Below are positions 31,268 through 38,631 of a stretch of DNA of 64,000 nt, one piece after another. This DNA comes from an uncultured Alphaproteobacteria bacterium (GTDB taxonomy: Bacteria > Pseudomonadota > Alphaproteobacteria > RF32 > CAG-239). Made by a program: the position numbers and the translations under genes. The notes below the pieces were generated by a model. The model was given only the letters and a program-made list of their open reading frames with translations. It was not told where the DNA came from and did no database searches. Where the stretch lies: positions 77,922-141,921 of the forward strand of contig CASDOS010000059.1 of assembly GCA_949282205.1 (NCBI GenBank). The letters run 5' to 3'. Each line of letters starts with the position of its first letter. Positions within the stretch are counted from its first letter, which is position 1.

Positions 31268-31373
31268 GTATGTGTATGTGGAAACGCCGAGAGAACCGAT
31301 AAGTTGTATTGAGCGAATAAAGACGCCGTTGGATATGGCAAAGTGCTTAAATGAGTATAAAACAAAGTATTAG
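31218..31373 (+). CDS. Putative o-spanin (Rz1-like) lipoprotein
   Basis: MRILAIVLLLNSC lipobox, 51 aa, extra Cys residues, in a different frame overlapping the i-spanin. Confidence 0.65.
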   Translation: MRILAIVLLLNSCKSVEYVYVETPREPISCIERIKTPLDMAKCLNEYKTKY

Positions 31374-31455
31374 TCAAAAAAGACAAAAAAGTTGTTGACA
31401 AGAAACTAAAAAGCATATATATTACGCAAAGCTAACCTATTAAAAACATATAATT

Positions 31456-31893
31456 ATGGAAATGAAAAAAATTTCTAAGGAAATTAATGACCAGCTGTTC
31501 AAAGTGGATGGCCGTCAGGTGTCAATGTTAGAGTTCGTGGACATGAGCGTATCTGCTCATAAGTCTAGAAGTGACGAACAAAATTTCACGACAGTTCGTC
31601 GAGGAAAAGAAATTGTCAAAATTCCTAGAAGCATTCGCTTTAACGGAATTGAATTATCACAAGAACAGTTCCGCGCTCTGGTAGATATCCGCATTGAGGA
31701 ATTGTCTCCGGTAGGGTTCCGTAATCTGCTCGGTGCGTTAAGCATTTATGCGCCACACTTGTTTAAGGACAAGGCAATATTCAGCCAGACAGAAGACTTC
31801 GGAAAATCTGCAATCGGCCGTCGCGCGTTAGCGTACAAGGCTGAACAGAAGAGAAACAAAGAACTGTCCCGCGGAGGAGAACTTTACCTCTAA
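31456..31893 (+). CDS. Hypothetical protein
   Basis: 145-aa ORF with its own TTGACA promoter candidate and terminator (about 31917-31953). Confidence 0.7.
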   Translation: MEMKKISKEINDQLFKVDGRQVSMLEFVDMSVSAHKSRSDEQNFTTVRRGKEIVKIPRSIRFNGIELSQEQFRALVDIRIEELSPVGFRNLLGALSIYAPHLFKDKAIFSQTEDFGKSAIGRRALAYKAEQKRNKELSRGGELYL

Positions 31894-32070
31894 GCCGGAC
31901 ATAAACTAAAAAAAGAAAACAGCTTCCTCCTTTAAGGACGAAGCTGTTTTTTTTGTTTAAGAAGAGTAAGGAAAAGCGGAATTAAAAAGTATCTGATACA
32001 CTTCAAGCTCCACGAATTGATATTGCATTTTATTTTTTATATCAATATAATGCGAAGAAGGAGTAAGTAA

Positions 32071-32346
32071 ATGCCAAAATTAAAAAAAGCCTTTTATTTT
32101 ATACTGGGATGGAGTGTCGTTCCGTTTTTATTAAGTATTCCTTATGCTTATATCTTGCAAGCTGACAACTTAAAAGAATTTAAGGCATATTGGTTTATTG
32201 CCTATTTCATCATTTACTTGATTTTTCCATGGTTGTATAAAGAAAACATACAAAAGCGTGTTCCGAATAGATATGCTTTTTATAGTATGATTTACGTCGT
32301 ATTTTTTATTTTAGGCTTGTGTCTGTTTGCGTATGTTTTAGAATAA
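32071..32346 (+). CDS. Small 3-TM membrane protein (possible orphan immunity protein)
   Basis: RBS AGGAG, 91 aa, hydrophobic, AT-rich. Confidence 0.65.
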   Translation: MPKLKKAFYFILGWSVVPFLLSIPYAYILQADNLKEFKAYWFIAYFIIYLIFPWLYKENIQKRVPNRYAFYSMIYVVFFILGLCLFAYVLE

Positions 32347-32392
32347 GTTAATTTTCAAATACAGTAAAAAGAAACGGTAGAAAGGAAGACAA

Positions 32393-32857
32393 ATGAAGTG
32401 GTTGGTTTTAGTTTGTTTTTTATTGTCATTTAATGCGAATGCCCAAGAAGGACGTTGCCCTGCAGATGAGAGTTTGGCTATTGATAATCTGGAGCAAGAG
32501 CTGAACAATTGTGCAGTAGTTGATTATGGAAAAGACGAATGGCAAACATCAAAAATGTTGAAAGCTTATGACCGCTCCATTGACTGTATGCAGAAAGTAG
32601 CACACCATTTATTTGATAAATACTATACGCACTATAATGCAAGCGTTAAGAAAAATTTTGATAATTATGTGAGTGCTGCGACGGATATAAGTTTTGATAT
32701 CAACCAAAGAAGTGATATGGGAAGAAGTATTCGTCTAGCAGAAGTTTATGTTTTGGAAGCTGCCGGACGCACGCATGTTATGGTAAAAAATCTTGTCAAA
32801 GATTACATCAAAGAAATACGCGATGAGTGTGATGACGCACATGAATTTGACAACTAA
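32393..32857 (+). CDS. Secreted helical Cys-containing protein, paralog of 34729-35187 (putative orphan immunity / lysozyme inhibitor)
   Basis: Signal peptide MKWLVLVCFLLSFNANA; N- and C-termini nearly identical to the 34729 ORF. Confidence 0.8.
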   Translation: MKWLVLVCFLLSFNANAQEGRCPADESLAIDNLEQELNNCAVVDYGKDEWQTSKMLKAYDRSIDCMQKVAHHLFDKYYTHYNASVKKNFDNYVSAATDISFDINQRSDMGRSIRLAEVYVLEAAGRTHVMVKNLVKDYIKEIRDECDDAHEFDN

Positions 32858-32890
32858 CCCCAACCACATAGTTTAGAATATCAATAAATA
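32793..32890. repeat. 98-bp exact direct repeat with 35123-35220
   Basis: TTGTCAAAGATTACATCAAAGAAATACGCG...GTTTAGAATATCAATAAATA spans both paralog 3' ends plus downstream DNA. Confidence 0.92.
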
Positions 32891-32905
32891 TCAAAACAAG
32901 GAGAT

Positions 32906-32959
32906 AAAGAAAACGTAGAAACAAAAAAGGATGGATAAAAATCCATCCTTTTCATTGTT
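32906..32959. repeat. Copy of the tRNA-Met terminator region (37737-37790)
   Basis: AAAGAAAAC(G/A)TAGAAACAAAAAAGGATGGATAAAAATCCATCCTTTTCATTGTT occurs at both sites. Confidence 0.9.
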
Positions 32960-33153
32960 AGTAGAGCCAGAGAGGTTAAACCAGAATTTAAACCAGCAAT
33001 AAAAGCAGAGGTATTCCTATCACACCGAGAAGAACTTTTGGCAAAACAATGCCAAATAGTTTACTTGTATACCATGCTGATGAAAATCCAGAAAAACTTC
33101 TGTATATCTTAATTTCAAATAAATCAGTTGACTAGAAGGTTAATTCGTTCTAA

Positions 33154-33256
33154 ATAAAAAGTGTCCTCGGCTACTGGGAACGAAATCGAAATCGCCCAGT
33201 CAGTATCTATTAGCACGCTTGGATGCGGCTAATAGGATCCGAGGATATTTTTTTAT
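33154..33256 (+). ncRNA. Candidate structured RNA (three-way junction)
   Basis: P1 GTGTCCTCGG/CCGAGGATAT (G-U pairs favour the + strand), P2 ACTGGG/CCCAGT, P3 CTATTAGC.CGC/GCG.GCTAATAG; GC-rich within AT-rich DNA. Confidence 0.55.
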
Positions 33257-33364
33257 ACAAATGGACGTGTACAAAGAGCCAAACCACATGAATCAAGCCC
33301 CAAAGCATCAAATGAGAATATCTGCAACTATAATAAAAAAAGCCTCGGTAAAACCGAAGCTTTA

Positions 33365-33383
33365 TGTTGGTAGCGAGGGGGAG
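33365..33383 (-). repeat. att-like 19-bp copy of the tRNA-Met 3' end
   Basis: TGTTGGTAGCGAGGGGGAG is identical to 37787-37805 and has its own terminator-like hairpin at 33334-33363. Confidence 0.88.
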
Positions 33384-33481
33384 GTTAAACCAGCAATAAA
33401 AGCAGACGTATTCCTCTCACACCGAGAAGAACTTTTGGCAAAACAATGCCAAGCACGTCTGTTAAGCGAGAAGTTGAAAAG
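33384..33481. repeat. ~80-100-bp element present in three copies (about 32989-33055, 33384-33481, 36122-36204)
   Basis: AAAAGCAGA.GTATTCCT.TCACACCGAGAAGAACTTT.GGCAAAACAATGCCAA(GCACGTCTGTTAAGCGAGAAGTTGAAAAG). Confidence 0.9.
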
Positions 33482-33587
33482 TGCAAAAAATATTAAATTA
33501 AATAGAAGCTAAAATATCTCCACAATACCTAATATGCTTATATTTTAATAGGAAAATACAAAAAAATAAAATCTAATAATCCCAAAT

Positions 33588-33734
33588 GTATTGACATCTA
33601 TGTCGTAGTGTAATATCAATTATACTAATGTGGATTTTTGTATTTAAAATTCTGCATTAATAAGCTCCCTAAACGGGAGTTTTTATGTTTTAAATTAATC
33701 AAGAGTCACGATACTATTATCGTGACTCTTTTTT
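33588..33734 (+). promoter_or_regulatory. Promoter element GTATTGACATCTATGTC plus a three-hairpin leader ahead of the GH108 gene
   Basis: 16/17 match to 29662-29678; hairpins at about 33626-33659, 33663-33681 (+T run) and 33701-33730 (+T run). Confidence 0.6.
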
Positions 33735-33747
33735 GGGAGTAAAAAAA

Positions 33748-34716
33748 ATGACAGATTATTTTTTTGATGATACAGAAACAATTTTAAAGAAAAACGAGAA
33801 AAAGAAAAAACTTAATGAATTATTGGATAGATATGGTAGCATTGAGAATATTGAGAAAAATGCTATTGGAGTAGATGGATATGATTATATGTTTGCTAAC
33901 ACTGACAATTTGATTAACGAAGTTTTAGAAGAAAGAACTTTGAGGCAAGTATCAAGACTAGCAAAACAAGAAGAAAAGTCTAGTGAATATGATAAAATTA
34001 GAAAAGAAGATGAGTTAGAAAACATTTCTAGATACATACCAAGTGAAGGTTTTAATGATGTTTATCATTCTAAATTAGATGAAGATGGACGCGTTATTTA
34101 TCTTGGTACAGAACAGCATGAAGGAGGATATTCTGATAGAAAAAATGATTTGGGAGGAAAAACAAATTATGGTATAACTCAAGATTCATTAGATGAATAC
34201 AATAATTTATGGAATAGTTATCTTAAAAAAGGTAAAAATTTCCCCAAAGATGTAAGACAATTGAAAGCTCTACAGGCAAAGCAGATATTAGATGAAATGT
34301 ATTTTCAGAGATATGGTATTGATAAGATTAAAAATACTATAATTACTAGAAATGTTTTTGATGAAGAAATGAATCAAGGAACAAATGCAGGAAAAGATAT
34401 TGCAGAATTAGTTAATAAGGTAAAAGGAACTAATTTTCCCTTAAACAAAGTGATAAGTGATAAATTAGCAGTAGCGATAAACAATCTATCATCAGAAGAA
34501 AGTATAAAGATTAATGATTTGTTGACATTGAAACGGATGGAAAGGTACTTTGAGAGTGTAGATAAAAAGCCAAATCCTAATATCAATAATTTACGAGGAT
34601 GGTATAACAGAGTACAAAGCTATCATAGTCAACCAAAAGTTTTTGAAAAACTTTATAAAGATAAGATTGACTATTATATCCAAAAGAAATATCCTCATTA
34701 CTATAACAAGCAGTAG
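33748..34716 (+). CDS. Glycoside hydrolase family 108 muramidase with a ~120-aa N-terminal extension
   Basis: HEGGYSDRKNDLGGKTNYGIT, FD..MNQG and GWYNRV motifs; RBS GGAG before ATG 33748. Confidence 0.85.
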   Translation: MTDYFFDDTETILKKNEKKKKLNELLDRYGSIENIEKNAIGVDGYDYMFANTDNLINEVLEERTLRQVSRLAKQEEKSSEYDKIRKEDELENISRYIPSEGFNDVYHSKLDEDGRVIYLGTEQHEGGYSDRKNDLGGKTNYGITQDSLDEYNNLWNSYLKKGKNFPKDVRQLKALQAKQILDEMYFQRYGIDKIKNTIITRNVFDEEMNQGTNAGKDIAELVNKVKGTNFPLNKVISDKLAVAINNLSSEESIKINDLLTLKRMERYFESVDKKPNPNINNLRGWYNRVQSYHSQPKVFEKLYKDKIDYYIQKKYPHYYNKQ

Positions 34717-34728
34717 AAAGGGAAATAA

Positions 34729-35187
34729 ATGAAGTGGTTGGTTTTAGTTTGTTTTTTAGTAACGTTCAATGCGAATGCCCAAGAAGGACGTTGTCCTGCT
34801 GATGAAGGTTCGGCTATTGATAAGCTGGAGCAAGAGTTGCACGATTGTAAGATTACATATGGAGAAACGCCTTCCACAGCAGATATGAATAATGCAGCTT
34901 ATAATGCTGTTGATTGTATTGTAGGCGTAGCTCATAAAATATTTGATAGATATTATGCAACAACGGCACAAGAGAGTAAAGACAGGTTTGATAAATTAGT
35001 AACAGCGGTTTATGACCATAGTCATCATCTTGTGCATGACAGTGATTTTGCAAGAGAGACCTATACCGGTACAATGTACAATACAATAGCAATAGGAAAA
35101 GCCTATGTAATAATGAAAGAAATTGTCAAAGATTACATCAAAGAAATACGCGATGAGTGTGATGACGCACATGAATTTGACAACTAA
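34729..35187 (+). CDS. Secreted putative immunity protein / lysozyme inhibitor cognate to GH108
   Basis: Signal peptide, 4 Cys in the mature part, 12 nt downstream of the muramidase; the function is inferred from gene context. Confidence 0.75.
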   Translation: MKWLVLVCFLVTFNANAQEGRCPADEGSAIDKLEQELHDCKITYGETPSTADMNNAAYNAVDCIVGVAHKIFDRYYATTAQESKDRFDKLVTAVYDHSHHLVHDSDFARETYTGTMYNTIAIGKAYVIMKEIVKDYIKEIRDECDDAHEFDN

Positions 35188-35235
35188 CCCCAACCACATA
35201 GTTTAGAATATCAATAAATAGCAGAATAGGGGGAA

Positions 35236-35991
35236 TTAATCCCCCTTTTTTGTTATATTAAGATAGAAGAGTTGTGTCAGAATTTCGAGCAATGTATTTC
35301 CTTCATTTGTAAAAGGAAGTATGTCAGCCATTGTTCCGCACCTATTATCGCAATATTTGTTTTCAGCGTAAAATTTACTATAAAAATCCAAAGTGTTTTT
35401 TCTTATCTGCGCAAGATACTGATTCATTTCTTCTTGAACTTGTGGCGTAAAACCTATAGAAATTTCTTGTTTAATTTTTGTGGTCAAACAATCATTGATT
35501 AAGGTATTTCGTGCAACCATATCAGCAGTTGTAAGATGTTCTGAGGTTGTTTTATATTGTTCAACGCAAGTATCGTATGCAATTTGAGCTTTTTGTTCTG
35601 CCTCAGTTTTATCATTTTCAGGGGTTCTTTGAATAATTGGTAATTTTTCGAGCTTTTCTTTTATACCATATTCATTAGCCGAAAAACATCCGCTGGTAAC
35701 ACCCAAATTAACAAAATTGTTTCCATCTTTATAGTATATATGCGCCAAATCTATACCTTGCTGATTAATTAAAATCGGATTGCCCTCCTTAATTTCGTGA
35801 ATGATAATTTTACGAGGTTCAGCATTCATACAAACAGAACAATAGTCATAGATTTCATTTTGCTGTTTGAGAATATCTGTGGCTTTGGTGATGACATCAT
35901 TATCTGTAATATCGTAGCAAATGTCAGATAAGGCAAGATTCGCTTGAAAACATATGATTAAGGTACAGAGTATAAGTTTAGCTTTATTCAT
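35236..35991 (-). CDS. Secreted Cys-rich protein whose C-terminal domain resembles the immunity paralogs
   Basis: Real start MNKAKLILC (ATG 35991). C...TTADM.....DC...Y..GTM pattern matches DC...STADM...DC...YTGTMY of the 34729 ORF. Confidence 0.7.
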   Translation of the reverse strand: MNKAKLILCTLIICFQANLALSDICYDITDNDVITKATDILKQQNEIYDYCSVCMNAEPRKIIIHEIKEGNPILINQQGIDLAHIYYKDGNNFVNLGVTSGCFSANEYGIKEKLEKLPIIQRTPENDKTEAEQKAQIAYDTCVEQYKTTSEHLTTADMVARNTLINDCLTTKIKQEISIGFTPQVQEEMNQYLAQIRKNTLDFYSKFYAENKYCDNRCGTMADILPFTNEGNTLLEILTQLFYLNITKKGD

Positions 35992-36084
35992 GTTTTTTCC
36001 TAAATATGCAACTAATTGATTGGTGCACAGTAATATCGACTTTCTTAGTTTAATGCATAGAAAATACAAATCAATAAAATAATA

Positions 36085-36122
36085 GATAAGATTGACTATT
36101 ATATCCAAAAGAAATATCCTCA
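36085..36122. repeat. 38-bp exact copy of the GH108 gene 3' end (34660-34697)
   Basis: GATAAGATTGACTATTATATCCAAAAGAAATATCCTCA, fused directly to the ~80-bp element. Confidence 0.9.
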
Positions 36123-36213
36123 AAAGCAGACGTATTCCTATCACACCGAGAAGAACTTTGGGCAAAACAATGCCAAGCACGTCTGTTAAGCGAGAAGTTG
36201 AAAAGGGCAAAGA

Positions 36214-37614
36214 TTAAGCAATAATCTCATCTTCATTGATTAAAATAAGATTGCTGTTTTCTCTAGCCATATCCATAAGATGTTCGGTAAAGCCGCTTTT
36301 AGAGAATAAGCCGTATGTGAGTGTATAGCCGTTAAAATCAGGTGTTTTGCATTTTTCCAATAATTTGGCATAAACCCCGACATCAACCGGTTTATCTTGT
36401 TTGAAATATTTGCATTCGGCAGCAAAGATACGCTTGTGGCTTTCATCAATAGCGACCACATCTATCTGAATATTTTTATCCCAATAAGAACCGATACGCG
36501 AGGGAACAAAATCAATTTGCTTGATTTTGCAAAGATTGAGGAATATTTCCTGACAGATTTCTTCATAAACAAAAGCGACATGATTATCTATAAAGTTGTG
36601 CGATAACTTGTCTAGAACAAAATTCAAGTTTCCTAACTCAAGTTCTCCTTTATACGGAAAAACAAATTTGAACCAAAACCGTATAAAAATATCTTTAATG
36701 AAGTATAGACCTTTGCGGCTTTTCTCGGGACATTTTTCCGTAATCGGTACCTTTTTTTCAAGAAGATACAGACCTTGCAGCGTTTCAAGATAAGGGCTTA
36801 AACGATTGTTTTCCACTTGCATGGCGGAGGCAATATCCGATAATTTATGATTTTCTCCGGCAACAGCCTGCATCACGGAAAAGTAATTTACGGGCTCTTT
36901 AACTTCATTGTTTAACAAAAACGAGGGTTCCTCATATAAGAAACCGTTTTTATTTAAGACCACCCGAGAGATGTTGTCATTTAAGGAGTTAGAATTATCA
37001 AAAAACTCTAAATATTTCGGCACACCACCCGCAACGGAATATAGTTCCACAAGTTCCGCAAAAGATTTGTGAGTATAATATTTTCTTAAATCCATAAAGG
37101 GCAGGGGCGATAATCTGATTTGAGCCGTTCGCCGACCATATAAAGGACTTTTTTCGGATAAAACTTGTTTAGTCATCATATTGATATACGAACCGCAAAT
37201 AATGACGATAATGTTGTGTTTTGAAAGCACTTCATCCCAAATCTTCTGGAAGATAGAGGTAAAAGCCGGATTAGTATTCACCAGATATTGAAATTCATCA
37301 ATAACGAGGACTTTTGTTTGAGGAGATTCAAGAGAGGCAAAAATTTTAAATAATTCAATCCAATCATCAAAACTAGCTTTGGCGATAAAATCTTGTTGAG
37401 CAAATGAAGCCAAAGCACCGGCAAAGCGTTTGCGGCTTTGCGGTTCAGATTCCTCGGTAGCTAAAAAGTATAAAGCCGGTTTATCTTTAATAAACTCTTG
37501 GATAAGAGCGGTTTTACCAATTCTTCTGCGTCCATAAACAACCACAAAAGAGTGATTATTGCGATATTCTTGCTCTAAATCATAAAGTTCTTTTTCTCTT
37601 CCGATAAATTCCAT
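36214..37614 (-). CDS. AAA+ (archaeal-type) ATPase with C-terminal DUF234 PD-(D/E)XK nuclease
   Basis: FIGREKEL, YGRRRIGKT, VIDEFQY, SPLYGRRT, GGVPKYL, QIDVVA...AECKY. Confidence 0.9.
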   Translation of the reverse strand: MEFIGREKELYDLEQEYRNNHSFVVVYGRRRIGKTALIQEFIKDKPALYFLATEESEPQSRKRFAGALASFAQQDFIAKASFDDWIELFKIFASLESPQTKVLVIDEFQYLVNTNPAFTSIFQKIWDEVLSKHNIIVIICGSYINMMTKQVLSEKSPLYGRRTAQIRLSPLPFMDLRKYYTHKSFAELVELYSVAGGVPKYLEFFDNSNSLNDNISRVVLNKNGFLYEEPSFLLNNEVKEPVNYFSVMQAVAGENHKLSDIASAMQVENNRLSPYLETLQGLYLLEKKVPITEKCPEKSRKGLYFIKDIFIRFWFKFVFPYKGELELGNLNFVLDKLSHNFIDNHVAFVYEEICQEIFLNLCKIKQIDFVPSRIGSYWDKNIQIDVVAIDESHKRIFAAECKYFKQDKPVDVGVYAKLLEKCKTPDFNGYTLTYGLFSKSGFTEHLMDMARENSNLILINEDEIIA

Positions 37615-37789
37615 AACACCCTCCTGATATTAGTATAATTTACTTTAGACTAATTTCAATTAGATTGCAACAACTTTTTATCAAAATATCAAAAAAAACT
37701 TGATTTAGAATATCAGTAAATAGCAGAATAGGGAAAAAAGAAAACATAGAAACAAAAAAGGATGGATAAAAATCCATCCTTTTCATTGT

Positions 37790-37866
37790 TGGTAGCGAGG
37801 GGGAGATTCGAACTCTCGACACAAGGATTATGATTCCTCTGCTCTAACCAACTGAGCTACCCCGCC
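37790..37866 (-). tRNA. tRNA-Met (CAT), elongator type
   Basis: GGCGGGGTAGCTCAGTTGGTTAGAGCAGAGGAATCATAATCCTTGTGTCGAGAGTTCGAATCTCCCCCTCGCTACCA. Confidence 0.95.
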
Positions 37867-38076
37867 ATCAGGTACGAAGAAGTTTTTACAGATAAAATTT
37901 GATAATGTCAATAAGAAAAATCAAAAAAGTGCAAAAAAAAATTATTGAACCGATAGACCAAGGAAAACCAAGTGATTAAACATTCTCGATTACAAAAAAG
38001 AAAGGAACAAAACAATTAGAAACCTCTTGCAGTGTAACTTTTTGAATGATAACAAAGAAAATAGCAAAAATAAGCC

Positions 38077-38547
38077 ATGGAGAGAATTATGGAAATCAAA
38101 TGTCCAAAATGCAGTTCAAAGAGATATGTTAAAAACGGAGTAGTTTTCGGTTGGCAGAGATATAAGTGTAAAGAATGCGGCTACCAATATACAAAACCCG
38201 GCGAGCATGGAAAACCTTTGGATACATGGCTGACTTGTCACGGTTTGTATATGTTCGGTTTATCAATGCGGCAAATAGCAAGGATAGTAGGATTATCCGC
38301 TCAAACGATATCGCGTTGGATAAGAAAGTGGCATCAAGTATTTATGCATGAAATCGGCTCCAAGCAGACACTATATTCCGTAAATGCGGAAAATGTGGTT
38401 GAGTGTCTGGGACTGAATAAAAAGGATAATTTGATGGTATCAAGTACACATCTGAAATCCGGAGCGGAAATTCATATATTGATTAAGCTGCCGATACCGT
38501 CTGAAGAAATAAAATCCGCCCCGAAGTCCCCATCATTACAAAAGTGA
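38077..38547 (+). CDS. IS1 InsA-like zinc-ribbon + HTH protein without a DDE domain
   Basis: CPKC...KNG...QRYKCKECG and GLSMRQIARIVGLSAQTISRWI; no catalytic ORF follows. Confidence 0.75.
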   Translation: MERIMEIKCPKCSSKRYVKNGVVFGWQRYKCKECGYQYTKPGEHGKPLDTWLTCHGLYMFGLSMRQIARIVGLSAQTISRWIRKWHQVFMHEIGSKQTLYSVNAENVVECLGLNKKDNLMVSSTHLKSGAEIHILIKLPIPSEEIKSAPKSPSLQK

Positions 38548-38631
38548 CACGAATGTTTTTTGCTTGCAATAAAAAAATATTTTTTTTACACCCAAACCGT
38601 TGGCAACAGATAACGGAAAGGGTGAAACTCT

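Larger units (their letters stand above)
33365..37805. mobile_element. tRNA-Met-anchored genomic islet bounded by 19-bp direct repeats; no integrase
   Basis: att-like repeats at both ends and AT-rich cargo; a further degenerate junction at about 32955-32975 extends the mosaic leftwards. Confidence 0.7.

Noticed and set aside
33154-33256. Hammerhead ribozyme, c-di-GMP riboswitch or retron msr-msd
   Set aside because: No CUGAUGA core or recognisable riboswitch consensus, and no reverse transcriptase nearby.
33219-33512. 97-aa ORF from the track
   Set aside because: It is stitched across the RNA stem, a terminator, the att copy and the 80-bp repeat; probably an accidental open frame.
32393-35187. 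Diversity-generating retroelement template/variable repeat pair
   Set aside because: The shared 98 bp are identical rather than adenine-specifically mutated, and no reverse transcriptase is present.
35992-36210. N-terminal extension of the 324-aa ORF
   Set aside because: It is antisense read-through of repeat scars; the signal-peptide start is at 35991.
32872-37805. CRISPR array or integron attC array
   Set aside because: The repeats are irregularly spaced, of different families and lengths, and lack uniform spacers or evident attC bottom-strand hairpins; no intI is present.
38077-38547. Active IS1 element
   Set aside because: No InsB/DDE frame, terminal inverted repeats or target duplication were seen.
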